Part shown: positions 40,308-57,794 of the stretch, in pieces
Layout of the letters: every line of letters starts with the position of its first letter
Position numbering within the stretch: the stretch's first letter is position 1
Assembly (NCBI GenBank): GCA_000165425.1
Contig: CT868660.1
Span: 620,001 to 684,000, forward strand
Length of the DNA: 64,000 nt
Source: Paramecium tetraurelia
Taxonomy: Eukaryota
Direction: 5' to 3'
The notes under the pieces: generated by a model
What the model saw: only the letters and a program-made list of their open reading frames with translations
What the model was told of the DNA's origin: nothing
The model's database searches: none
Program-made: the position numbers and the translations under genes

Positions 40308-40309
40308 TT
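40305..40309 (+). terminator. RNA polymerase III terminator (T5)
   Basis: TTTTT immediately after the 3' strand of the SRP terminal helix. Confidence 0.75.
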
Positions 40310-40317
40310 ATTAGTCT

Positions 40318-42017
40318 TCATTATTATACTAATGATTTTCTTAAACTATATTTCCACTATTGAATAGATATTGGTCGATTTTCTTTTGTAAATTAATAAA
40401 AGGGTAAACAATGTATGATTTTTTCCTAGAATATCTTTTCTTATGAAATAATTAATTATTAAGGCAATCAATTAATAACTTTTATTAATTGCTAGTTTTA
40501 TTACATCTCTGCTATCCTCTTTAGTTGTAAAGTGAAAACCTAAGTTTGCTTTCAATTTTAATTACCTAAAAATTTTTATAAATTAGAAATTAGAAAATTA
40601 TAGAATCTGTTAAACAACGTTTCTATTCGAGAATGTCTTGAAGAAATTAATCTTAATTCATTGACATAAGAAATATGTCATTTGATGCAGCTAGCTAATA
40701 GTCTTAATCGCTCTTCAGGTTAAATGTCAAAATATGATTTAATTAATTTAACAGCTATATTAATGAGCCTTATAAAATCATAAACAATAAATTAAATCAT
40801 TAAAAAATTTCAATTCCTCATTTGAAAAGCGAGCAGTTTTTCAATCTCTTAGAACCTTATTTTTATTTTCTATAAATTTTTTAAAGAACCCAAACTTTTA
40901 TAATTTGTATTATATAAAGTCAAAAGGAAGATTTTAAAATTCGTTCCTTTTAAAGAATCTAGTTCTTTTAATTTTTACTCAATCAATGGTTTTAATGTAC
41001 TGTGCTAGATAGTCAATGTTTTCGATCCATAATAAAGTAGGAGCACTTATTAGGTTAGATTTAACTATGAATAATTGGCTGTTTGAATGATTGTTATAAA
41101 TAATTTATAGGTTGCAGTTGAGCATAATGCTACTCGATTACATCTTCCAAATATTTCAAATAATTAAAATAACAAAGAACTTGGCAATCTTAAAATATTC
41201 TCATTTGATAGAACCTCATCTCTTAGCTAAATCAAAATAAAGCCGTACTTAATATATGATTGAAGGAAAATAATTTATGCCTGCCTTCACTAAAAACAGA
41301 GTGTAGTAAAGTTTTTGATCTAAATTAATTTATTAATCTTTAGATGGTAATAATTATTGATTGATCTAATCTAAAACTGAAAAACTATATCTTTTGATAT
41401 ATTTCATTATTTAGCATAGAGCTCTTACTTAATTATCGTTGTTTAAATTTATGCTTAATTTTTCACATAATTTATAATAGACATCTAATATAAATTGCTC
41501 CTCCTCTTATGTGTAAATTTCCTGTTTTGTTTTTTAAAAGAATTAATCCTCTACATAAAATAAGCCATTTTAAATTGCGTTTAGAATTGCATAAATCTCT
41601 TATTCTGTTATATCTTTATCGAACCGATTTAGAAATTCATTAATCATTGAGCACTAAAAATAAAAATATTTAGGATGATTTTCTTTTTGGAATTTTGTAT
41701 TAACAAAAGAGTAAAAAATGCTTTTCTCCTTATTCGATTTAAGAAATTCATCTGTAATTTTAAGAAAATTATCATAGTTTACTTGATTGCTATAAAATAG
41801 ATAAATCTTATTACAATACTTTTTCTGTTTTATATTAATCAAATAGAAGTTGCAGCCTTATTTCTATTTTCAGAAATTAATCAGGATCCTTTGCTTTTTT
41901 TAACATGTTCTTTTCCGGAATATTCTTAGAGAAAATCAATCTCGTCCCTTATTTATTCTCAAATACTAGTTCTTTTGAGAATTTGGAGAGACTACTTTTC
42001 ATCAAATGTTTGATCAT
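40318..42017 (-). CDS. hypothetical helical protein (possibly mitochondrial)
   Basis: MIKHLMKSSLSKFSKELVF..., readable with small introns (e.g. 22-nt gtacgg...tag near 41227-41248); ends ...QQWKYSLRKSLVQQ*. Not every junction was verified. Confidence 0.65.
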
Positions 42018-42035
42018 AATAATTATTTATTTAAA

Positions 42036-43182
42036 TCATGCCTTAAAAATATTTACCATTCCTTCTATCCCACTAAACACAATAGAATCAGTTGTATTCA
42101 TTTAATCAATGCTCAGAATTCCTTTTGGTAAACCCAGAATAGAAGCTTTTGCTTGACCATCTTTCAAACTAAAAAGTTTGATTTCATGGACCCCTGAGCT
42201 ACCAGCATAAATATAGTCCTCATTTGCTTTGCTAAATTTATATTGAAAAATTACTTAAACTAAGTTGCATATATATAATAAGATCTATTGTCATCCGATT
42301 AAGATCCAGTCCAAAATATTTCTTAATAAAGTTTTCTAGTTCTCCAATCCCATAATTATACTTAATTTTCTGTTCTATGTGATCCAGTCAATATCAACTA
42401 TCTCTTAACTGAGAAATCAAGGGAATCTCCAGATAATGATGGCCCATAAAATTGACCTACACATTACTTCTCTCTAATATCCCAAATCAAAATATTTGCA
42501 TCCCATCCCCCTGATATAAGAATATTAGGTTAGTCTGGTATGAATTTTACAACAAAAACTCTATTTGCATGACCCTTCTAACCCCTAATGTTTTGAATAA
42601 AAGGTACCAATCAGCTTATTAAAATTGATGCTACACACTTTTTATGTCATCATCGTAGATTCTAACACAAAAATCCTTGCCTCCAGTTGCAAACAAACTT
42701 CCATCAAAATTAAAGTCCAAACATAAAACACTGTTATTCTCTTCTACAATTTTGTGTAATTATTTCCCTGAATGTGCATGCCAATGAATTATGTGTCCCT
42801 CTGCATTTGCTGATACCAATATCCCCTTTGCCTTTAAACCATAATTTGGTCTCCATCTTAAAGCAGTTACAGGTGTTTAGAATTATTCAAGAGTATGTAC
42901 AAATTTATCTATTTTTATAAAGTCGTCCATATACTTTAGTTATAAAGATGAATCAATCCTTCTGACATCCCTACAGCAAGATATTGATCATCTTGATCGT
43001 ATCTTAAAGAAAATACATCACCTCCATTTACATTTAGTTATTGCTATAACTTTAAACCCACTTAATTCTTGTGAACACCAAACCTCTTTTTCTAAGATAG
43101 AAGAATACTTAAATTCATATTTGCCAGGCTCTAATGTCTAATTAATTGACGGTTGGTCTCCTTAATTTTAATTATTTTGCAT
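42036..43182 (-). CDS. WD40-repeat protein
   Basis: DVFSLRYD, PVTALRWRP, IIQWHAHSGK, VLCLDFNFDGSLFATGGKDFCVRIYDD, GHANRVFVVKF, ISGGWDANILIWDIR. Confidence 0.88.
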
Positions 43183-43756
43183 TGTTAAATTTTATAAAAA
43201 ATTATTCTTTAAAAGAAAGAACTCTTATATTATCAATAAACTGAGAATTCCTCTATTCACCCAAAATTATACTAAGTGTTGTGAATGATATACTAAAAGA
43301 CTGATGAGTTAGAATCTTGAAAATTATACCAAATTTAATAATCTAGTTTTCCTTTTTAAAATTTAAGAATCATAGTATGATGAAAAATCTAATGTAATAA
43401 TCATTTTTAAATAGAATATTTTTTTGTTTATAAAACCTATATTTTTTACTAATATTTTTTGAAGTAAAATAGAATATCAGCCGATTTTGAATAAAAAATC
43501 CATATTCTATTTTAAATTATAGAGTTAATAATATATTTTAGTATCATCTTTATGAATAGTTAAGATATGCATTTTATCTCAACTCCAGTGATGATTATTG
43601 TTTTGGCTTTAAATTATATGGAAAGTGGCAAATAATACTTAATAAAATTTGGATAATTGAAGCAATTTTCAAACCATTAAAGTTAGGCTATAGAGATTAT
43701 AAATATCTAAGCAAATCAAATTTACAGCTTAATAAATTTGATTTATAAAATAATCA

Positions 43757-45205
43757 TCATTGTTATTCATCCTCTAAAAAAGTTCCATCTTTCCATTTTC
43801 CAAATATTTCGATTTAACCACTACTGGTATATTTTCCAAAACCATTTTATTTATCATTTTTCCAATCTCCTTCGTATTCTGAATTATCAGAATTTCTAAA
43901 ATATCCTTTTCCTTCCCTCTGAGCATTGACAAAATCGCCTAATATTTTGAGAATGAATTTATACCTTTATAATATCTTTCTTCTGGTGGTGGCCAAAACA
44001 TCTCTCCTTTACCATCAGGTTTATTATTTTTAAAGTTTCCGGTATATCGTTTACCATTTTAATAATAATAGGTTCCTTTTCCATGATATTTATCCTCAAA
44101 AAATTCACCTTCATATTTTTCGTTTGAAATTTTTAGTTCTTGAGTGCCCTTTCCTTACTTTTTACCCTCCTCAAAATTACCTTCATAAATAAATTCTGGT
44201 TTTTCTAGTCTTCCATATCCATGAGGAGCTGAATTTTTACATTAACCTTTATACGAATAATTCTTTTATTTTACATCCATTTCCTTTTATAAGCATCCAT
44301 TGTCCCATAATCCACTCTAGAATATAATGATTTATTATATATTACCAAATATCCTTAATAATTTATCACTCTCCCCCAACCTTTTCTTTCATCATCCTAG
44401 AAATATCCTTCATAAAATTCATTTTATGTTAAATAGTAGCCAAATCCTTATTTCTTATGATCAACCATTCTTCCTTAATAAAAGCCTTCCTCATCTAGGG
44501 GATATAAAGGCATTTCTGGGTCAAACTGAATTTTTTCATCAGGAGGTTGATATTTTTCATACATATCATAAATTTATTTAAATTATTAAGGCAACTTATC
44601 TAAGATATTTTATGGCTGGAAAAAGTTAAAAATGGGTGCTGTTCCTTCTATCTTTGTTTTAAAACATTTTTCTTCTTCTTCTTTTTTTTATTCTTCTTAT
44701 ATTTACTATTCTTTTATTTATTAGTCTTTTATTTCTTATTCTTTTTATTATTAGTCTTTTATTTATTAATCTTTTATTTCCTAGTCTATTTTCTCTTAAT
44801 CTTTTATTTATTAGTTTTTTATTTCTTATTGCAATTAATATTATTGTTATTATTGTTATTGTTATTATTGTTGTTGTTGTTATTATTGTTGTTATTGTTA
44901 TTATTATTATTATTACAATTATTACTATTATAATTATTACTATTATTGTTATTATTATTGTTGTTATTCTTAAGCATTTCCTTAACTAATAAGTTATTAT
45001 CAATGTCTTACCCATTATTCTAGCTTATACCTGAGCCATTTTTCTCAATTATTATTTTTCTTTTATCCCACTCGCTAACTTCGATTAAATATTGATTTAA
45101 ATCAATTTAAGAGGAAGGGTTTTTTTAAGGGGAAAGGTTTTCTCCAGGACTAGGATTTGGTGTATCTCCTTAAGGAGTATTTGAGTTACCTATAATTGCA
45201 CCCAT
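43757..45205 (-). CDS. MORN-repeat protein with poly-Q and pentapeptide-repeat insertion
   Basis: MGAIIGNSNTPQGDTPNP, then a poly-Q tract, then repeated YEGNFEEGKKQGKG, YEGEFFEDKYHGKG, YEGDWKNDKQNGFG. Confidence 0.85.
44690..44970 (-). repeat. coding low-complexity repeat: CAA/TAA/TAG poly-Gln tract plus 15-nt (QQIKD/QEIKD-like) tandem repeat
   Basis: Plus strand shows (tta/ttg)n at 44830-44970 and repeated tcttttatt(t/c).. units at 44690-44830. Confidence 0.85.
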
Positions 45206-45244
45206 TGATACAAAATGAATAAAATTGATATTTTTATTATTAAT

Positions 45245-48200
45245 TCATAATTATTTGTCTCCATGTTTTCCAAATCTATTAAAATCTATTGGAGTATGAC
45301 AAAGGGAACAAAATTTTAAAGCTTAGTTTTAGACTTCCTAATCAATCATCTTATGTTTGCAGGCTTTACAGGTGTAAAACTTCTACCCATATATAGATTT
45401 CCCAGAAGCTACACAAACTCCGAAAATTGTTCCGCATTCTTTACAGAATAATTAACTTTAAATAATAATATTAGTTACTATTCAGTTATTTTTTTATTAC
45501 CACAAGAAGGCTTTGGACATTGGATAGCATCGCAAACTGCATCCTCTGGGGCATATCTATGTAATGAGATTCTTTTATTACTTTACAAATATTTATGCAG
45601 CTACTGATTGATATCTCTCTCTCTCTTCTTCAGTAATGTTGTCTAGGTTCTCCAGTTTCACAAAGGCTCTGGCGCATTCCTTATATGATTTATTATAATA
45701 GGCAGCCAGAGCAAGCAGAGAATATATCCTTTTAGGATCCATATCTAATTCGAATTCGCATAATCTGATGGCTGATTTTCTATAAATATAATAGATGTAT
45801 TACAGTGCATATTTGTAGTTTCCAGAATAGAGGAATTTTTGAGTTAAAATATAGAAATGCCAAGCTTCAGCCTATCTCCACGGATTATTGAGTACTTTAT
45901 CAGCGGAATGATTTAAATCATTTGTAACTAGTTAATCTAAAGTGTGAGCAATAGTATTATTTTAAGCAGTCATGGTAACATCGTACAACTTTTTTTTGTA
46001 TAGGTCGACTTCTAAGGCAGCCATGACAAACAACTTCTTCACTACAAGTGGACTTTAATCACTTTTAATGAGATCTTCGCCAATTTATTATAATAATCGA
46101 GCAGCATCTGAATTATGATTGGCCTTTCTATATAATTCTGCAGCTTCTAATTTCATTCTTTACTCCAACAATTAAGCAGCATATTATTGAAGCAATCCTT
46201 CAATTTATACAAAATTGTGTCTTTCAGCTAATTCAACAGCAAAATTCCAAGCATTCAAAAGAACTGCACAATCGATAGCCTTTTTAATATCACCTGCTTT
46301 TTCAAAGCATTTAATTGCACTCTTTGCCATCCCTAACAATTGAAATCTTTCACCCAAATCAAATAACAATGTATTTCCTTCTTGCAATGAGTTTGCTAAC
46401 TCCTCAAGTGTTTGATAATCTTCAATCATGAATGAAGTCTCTATTAATTTTTCAACATTATTAGATAATTTGAATTGTTATTATGCTTTTTCCCATTCTC
46501 CTTGATCACAAAATAAGTTGCCCAATTTATTTTAGGTTTGAACTATAACTTCATCTGAGCCTACAAGATCTTTAGATAGAAATAGCACTCTTGAATAATC
46601 GCCAGTTTTCATTCTCATTTAAACAGCTAAATCCTTTCTTTCAATTTCTCTTAGAATTTTCTCAGCTTCATCAAATCTTTTCAGAAACACATAAACTTCT
46701 GCTTTCTATTTTTCCTTCTCATCATAATCTAAGATTCTTTTTATAAATTGCAATCCAGCATAATCTTCTAATTTCAGGTAACACTTTTCTGCAACTGAGA
46801 AGTCTAATTCTTCCAAAGCCTTTTAAGCTAATAATTACCACAAAGTGTTAGACTATGATAAAATAAATCATAATATTACAGGTTATTTTTCGATGATACC
46901 AAACATGTCTTTGGGTGCAGTTTTTTCAATGGACTCCTTGATTTCCTTAAATAATCTACTTTCATATTAGACAAGCAATTCATCGGCTTTTAATTAGCCA
47001 TCTGGACTCATCATTATATCATCTAATAATGCTCCTTTGACAGTAAGTTCTGAAAATCTAATAATAATTCTATGATTTACGAGCATAGGAAAGCATCACA
47101 AGGGAGAGGGTCATCGGCAGTAATATCTCTTACTAAATGGATTCTACCTTTTTCCATGACAGCGAATTAGAGAGGATCATTATCAGACCAAACGACTTGC
47201 CAACATTCTTTTTTATCAAAATCTAATAGTTTTCCACCGCTAACAGAAATGTCTAATAACTACAAAGTTCCCATCACATCAATTATAGACAATCGAGTTG
47301 AATTACAGTTGATATTGATGATGTTCGCCCTATTTTCTAAGAAATATTTAGGCTCCACACTGACATAAGGCAAGGTGAATTTTAATATATTCCCATTGAT
47401 TCTACCAATAAACAAATAACTTTCATTAGCTTGTATTGCACAAATAGTTTCTTCTGTTTGCTTTTCTAAGTTAAATGTATCTTTATCGTAGATTACTTAA
47501 GTGTCTGGATTTTCATCAATGAACCAAGCCATTTCCTTACCAATTTTTCTGATTCCTGTATTCTAATTCGATTCAAAGGTGGTTAATCTCTAAACCTAAT
47601 TTCTGTATTACCATAAATAGACATAGTCACTATTAGCAATAATAATATGAGTTTTTGTCATACAATTATATTTAGGTTCAATAGATATAAGTTTAGTATC
47701 CAAAGGACTACCAATAGAATTGCAAAGTTCCACCTTCCATGTGTCTTACTCAACCAGACTTATCAAGACACAACAATCATTTGAACCCTTAATATCAAGT
47801 AATCCTTTCATATATCTGATGGATTTTTATTCTCTTTTCGTATCCCAAAAGATGATAGTGAATTCCATTCTATCTTATCTTTGGTAGGCAAAGATGAGAG
47901 TTTCCGATTATGCTAGATAACTCCACTTGTAATCTAATTTGAGATTGGCAACATAGACAGTTTGACCAACTCCCATTACCAATCTTAAGCCATCTCCTTC
48001 AAAACTAAGACTACTGACTTTGTCAGTGTTAGCAACTCTGAGTGTCTTTAGATGATCACCCATATTCGAATAGAATTACACAACTGCTCTAGATTCATCT
48101 TTATCCTTGGCACTACCAGCAACAGCAAACATGGAACCATTGGGACTCCATCTGACTGATGATATAGTCATGACTGTGTCTATTAATATAGGTGAATCAT

Positions 48201-49034
48201 CCTTATCATTTTTCATTAACTAAACCCTACCACAGGCGTAAGCAATTAGCAAACCTGGGGGTGTTTCATCAGTGTACATTTTGCCATATTCATACCATTA
48301 GACAGCTGCTAATTGTTAATTAGGATTATTGTAATTTTTGGGATCGACTAATCCCATTAAACAACTCATTTTCAATTAATTTAACTGATTACCATTCTAA
48401 TCATGTATGATAACTTATCCATCAGCAGTTCCCAATATCATTAACTTTGAATCTGGGGACCATTCAATCAATCCTAATCTATATTGATAATCTTTGCCCC
48501 AAAGTCTATTACCTTCAACTGATCCAACTATGACAGCACCATCCTCATAGATGATTCCAATTTTGAATCCATCAGGTGACCATTTCATATCGGTTACATT
48601 CGATTTCTGTCTATTGTTGACCATCTCTTCAATCCATTCATTCTATTTATTTTATACATTCATTATTTACTCCCAAATTTATCCATACAATAATCTATCC
48701 TTGATCATCACTAGTAGTCAATTTCTGATATCTCTCATTCCATACTATTATATTCACCTTACCCATATGTTATTCCAAAGCGGCTTCATATGGTAATTTG
48801 GCTTGCTTAAAAATATGTATAGTGATTCTTACTTGTCCTTAAATACCTGCCTTTTAATCATCCAACTTTATTATTTTCAATAACCCTTTCTTTTATCCTT
48901 ATGGCGCATGTCTAATTTATCAACTTAATTTACTCTCCTCCTATTGCTATCCAACCCTCTTCCTGACTCCAAGCTATACTGTGAACCTTGCCCTAATTAA
49001 GCATTCCTATCTTCTTGACTAAAAATGAAAACAT
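45245..49034 (-). CDS. WDR35: intraflagellar transport protein IFT121 / WDR35
   Basis: [112 protein letters not shown]-terminal CSLCH zinc knuckle. Confidence 0.96.
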
Positions 49035-49068
49035 CTCTAAGTAATTTGATATTTAAATTAATAAGTGT

Positions 49069-50679
49069 ATGAATTCACAACTGCAATATGAACACAATTC
49101 ACTAAACTAGGATTTCCGACATCAAATCAATCTGCTCTCAACTGATCTAGATCATCTACTCTCACTTACGAAAATTAGAGGTCAGGATATACCCTACCCT
49201 CGAATTTGCCAAAATTGCAAATATCCTCACGATTACGATAGTCATCATAATTTGGTAATCAAATCATACACAGAAGCATAATTTATATCAGATCTTATAG
49301 CTGAACATGACACCCTTTTTTAAATCTGTAATTGGGCTCATGAAAGTGTAAAATAATAAAATGTGAGGGAGCAAGACAAAGTCTGGAGTAACATCATTTC
49401 AAATAACTTTGATCAAATTTAAAACTCATTAGCAGACGATGAAAAATGCATATTAAATTCATTGAGACCATTTGGAGCGGGAAAAAATTAATTTGACTTC
49501 ATGCGTTTATCAACTTTTTAAAGTGAAAATTGGGTCTTAGCCTTGGAAACTCTCAATAACTTCTCAAGTCGAGCTTCCCACAATAAAATTAAGTTATTTA
49601 AATGGGCCACATGTCAAAGTGATTCGTGGAGCACAAATATTTCAAAATTCAATGAAACTCTCTGGCTTAACATTAGAGCTGATCTGTTTTATAAGGTTAT
49701 GACTGCGCATGCAGAAATATATCCCAAAATGATGAAGTGTATCAATTTTGGAATCAATAAACCATACGTATGGTAACCAAAACGGTATGAATTGAATTGC
49801 AATGACATGAATTTCGGAATTGAAACATTGGGTAAACTATTTATCATTGAAATCATTAATTATTTAACATAAAAATCAAAAGCTTCTAAATTAATTTAAT
49901 TGGTTGAAGAAGCTATTGATCTTTTGGTCAGTAAACGAATGAATCCTTAGTACACAATTATAAGAGCCAATTGCTTTTATAAAATTGCTTTAATGCTTAA
50001 TGATCTATTGGATATCAATGAAGATGATGAATATTAATTCTTAATATTGATTACTAAGATCATTTAAAATATTGAAACAGAAATCTTTGACCTTCCTACT
50101 AAATATCAATTTTTAATACATTTATTAAGTCTTTTGACCAGACTAAGTACATTTAATGAATTCATTCAACAAATATGCCAAAACATCCTTAATTAATTAG
50201 GAAGCTCATTATCCTCAATTTTACAATTATTGATCGATAATAAATTCAATAATGTTTTGATTACTACTATTACATTTGCTAGATTTACTGCATTAAGCCC
50301 TATGTAGCAAAATGAGCTAATTTCTTCTTCATTTTCTTAATATTTTGATTACAATGAGAAAAAGAAACAAATATGGTTGTTCCTCCCTTATATTATTGAG
50401 AATATTGACCTTTTCAAAAACACTTTCATACAATTACTCTAAGAATATCCAGATTTGGAAGAATAAGAGAATTAGTATTTTCAAATTTACATTAATAAGG
50501 AAATTGAAAGAATGCAAATCTTAATTAAAGACCTTACAATTCCCGTTTATTGGTTTACTAAGTATATAACATTTATACTTGAAGACCCTAACTTAAATCA
50601 AAAAGACATGTATATAGCAAATTCATATGTTTAGTTTAAATATCATGGATGGAATCCAGATTAATAATCTGCTGTTTGA
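49069..50679 (+). CDS. hypothetical protein (about 536 aa, N-terminal C/H motif, helical)
   Basis: Long apparently intronless ciliate-code ORF MNSQLQYEHNSLNQDF...RICQNCKYPHDYDSHH...KYHGWNPDQQSAV*. Confidence 0.75.
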
Positions 50680-50835
50680 TGGTCTAGAAAATAAGAAATA
50701 TATTTTAGCATTAATAGCTAAGAAATTAACAGAATTTAAATAATTTATTAATTATTTGCTTAAGTGATGTATTTAGTATTTATCAAAGAAATTTTACATT
50801 TATGATTGTGCCAAAATTTAATTTAATATATTTAA

Positions 50836-54811
<3,976 letters not shown>

Positions 54812-54891
54812 TAATGTTTGCTATTATAACAATTTAAGAGTGTTATTATATTGTTTTGATAAATTAATATTATTTTTAAAATATTAAAGTT

Positions 54892-56089
54892 ATGGGAGCT
54901 ACATGTTGTGCTGCTAAATAACTTGGGAATACCGAGTTAACTAATGCTGCTCCTGAAGAATTCAATCAGCAAGTTGAAACGGAGAAACCTTAAGAAGGCA
55001 ATCATTAAAACGAAGAACTAGAACACGTGAAACTGGTCAAAGACCCTCCTCACGTACCAGTTGAAGAACCAGCGCCAGGGAATCCCCCAGATGATGTATT
55101 TAATTACTTAACTTTTAGGCCTCAAGAGAAAAACAGAGATAAATGATATCTATCCACGGCCCAAACTCTGAGGATGCAAAACCATATGATAAAGTACCCG
55201 TCATCGAAAATGATATGGTGCGCAAAACTCTAGAAAAACTTGGAGAATATCAATACGATCCTGAATCTCTTCAGAAGTATGTAGAATGCATTGAACTAGA
55301 ACCCTATGTATTAACTAATTGTTAACTTATAGTAATTTGAGAATGGAGCTATATATGTTGGGCAATGGAAAAATCATCAACGATGGGGAAAGGGAAAATA
55401 ATACTGGCCTGATGGGTCCATTTATGAAGGATTTTGGAGTGCTCACACTGCCAATGGAAAAGGAAGATTGATTCATGCTGATGGTGATGCATATGTATAA
55501 TATTATTTAAATGTAGGACGGTGATTGGGTAGACGATAGAGCCTAAGGCTAAGGAACCTACTATCATGTTGATGGAGCCAAGTATGAAGGAGATTGGTTG
55601 GAAGATTAATAACACGGTAAAGGAACTGAAATGTGGCCAGACGGGGCTTAATATATTGGAAGTTACGTTAATGGTAAGAAGGACGGAAAAGGAAAATTTA
55701 AATGGAGTGATGGAGCAACTTACGAAGGGGATTTCAGGGATAATAACATTGAAGGTACTTTTACATTTTTTAAACTCTAGGATTTGGAGAGTATATTTGG
55801 GCTGACGGAAGGAAATACAAAGGACAATGGTAAAATAACAAAATGCATGGAAAAGGAGATTTCAATTGGCCAGATGGAAAATAATATAGTGGTATTCTCT
55901 CCTCTAAAATTAGGCGATTATGTGGAAGATAAAAAGGAAGGCTATGGAATATTTAAATGGTCTGATGGAAAACAATATAAAGGCTATTGGAAGGATGGCA
56001 AATAGCATGGCAAGGGAATTCTAGTTGACAAAGATTAAAGAGAAGTTGAAGCTGAATGGGTTGAAGGAAAAAGAGTCAGACAAGATTGA
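54892..56089 (+). CDS. MORN-repeat protein with N-terminal MGATCC acylation motif
   Basis: MGATCCAAK...[26 protein letters not shown]...[14 protein letters not shown]...[14 protein letters not shown]. Confidence 0.92.
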
Positions 56090-57138
56090 TTATCATCATA
56101 TTATTATTAAATCTAATACTGTAGCCAAATCTCGACCTATTAAGGACATCAATGCACTCAATACTCAAACATTTTCTAAAAATACTATTTTTGATTATTT
56201 TCAGTTAGATATTTTATATAAAATATTTCATTAATTATTATTTATTTATTATTACAAAAATTATATAATTAAGGATGTCTATGTATCCTTCTATTTGATC
56301 CTTAATCATTTTTTATATTGTCTTTCTAATCTCAAACAATACAAAAATATAATGAAGATTATCTGTTAGACATACTCTTAAGCTTTCTTAATAATTAATT
56401 AAGATTATTCTTGAGAGCGGAATAATTAATTTAATTAATTTGCTCCTATTCTTTTTTGATTTAAATGTAGTGCTAACTGAGTTTATAGATGATAAAAGAC
56501 TATTATTATTAAGTAATCAAAATTCTGTAATTTTTATTAAATTACAAATTACTAAATAGGAGCTTATTATGAAATAACTCTTAATTTTAAATGTGACTAA
56601 TTCCTTAATCAATTGAGATCTTTTTATTCACTTTCAAGGTGAGATTATGAATGTGTGATTAATAATTAATTTAAGGAATAAACCGTTTTTTTTCAAGTTG
56701 CTCAATAGCACTCTTTTCCAAATTGTTTCTCTAGATAAATAAATTAATAGCAACATCAATTAATATTAATTCTTGAGTTTAAGTACTAATTATACATTTA
56801 CCAAAAATGATAAGCAAAATTCTAAATCTTAAATTTCTCAGAATATGCAATAATAATTCCACTATGCTTGGCAAATGAAAAGTTTTGTTAATATTATAAT
56901 TATTCGTACTTTTTCAGAACCAATTATATTTAAACAGGTATTACTAAAAATTCATAGAACTTTAAAATCATTCTATTTTTTTTTCACACCTTGAAAGTAC
57001 TCAATGAGGAAATGAGTATAGGATTACTATGCTTTCAACTGTGGCACTTAAACTTATGTCCTGTTTAATTGTTTATTGAATATAGTTTTGTTGGAATTAC
57101 TAATTTATTTGCAATAAATTTAACATTTAATATTATTA

Positions 57139-57702
57139 TCAAATATTACTTGCTTTCTTAACTCCCAATCTTGGCTTTTATATTTATTAATATGGATCCA
57201 CTCTTTTTTCATAAAAATCAATTGGTTTATCACGTGGTACAATCCTTGGCTCTGGCACTTCAACTGGAGGATATGACCTAGATATTTCCATTTAATGTCT
57301 AGGATATATATTTGTCTTAAATAGATTCTCATTCCAACCCCCTTAGATTGATGGTGTGAGTGTAGTCACTTTTCTTCCAGCGTGTCTTACACTTTATTAA
57401 CCAACTAATTAATATTAAATTATTATACAGGAATTTCTCAATAATGCAATTCTATCTATAATCTCTTGATCTTCTTCCAAGCCCTTTAAAGATATTTATT
57501 TTTAGTATCCATTAACATATATTCCATTTAAATATGGATGAGTATTTTTTTTCATATAAATTTGCAAGTTTATTTTAGGTTGATTCAATAAAGGATGCTC
57601 AATCAAAGTTGGTAAGAATAGTCTGATTTTTGCAGAGCTGCCGCCATAATCACAATAGAATATTTGAAGGAATTTTAATTAAAATATGCCTCTTGAACAC
57701 AT
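57139..57702 (-). CDS. MRPL43: mitochondrial ribosomal protein mL43 (L51/S25/CI-B8 domain)
   Basis: MCSRGIFQLKFLQIFYCDYGGSSAKIRLFL...HPYLNGIYVNGYQKQISLK...VTTLTPSIQGGW. Confidence 0.88.
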
Positions 57703-57794
57703 TTATTTAATTTTAATTTTAATATTTCATTTGATAAGAAAATTTAAACAAAGTCATTAAAAATGTATAAAAATCATTTGCTTATAAAGAGAAT

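Noticed and set aside
40109..40321. 70-aa minus-strand ORF from the ORF track
   Set aside because: Antisense to the SRP RNA; a by-product of local high GC.
56230..57126. Possible minus-strand gene downstream of MRPL43
   Set aside because: Coding-like composition, but stops in all frames near 56950-57005; unresolved.
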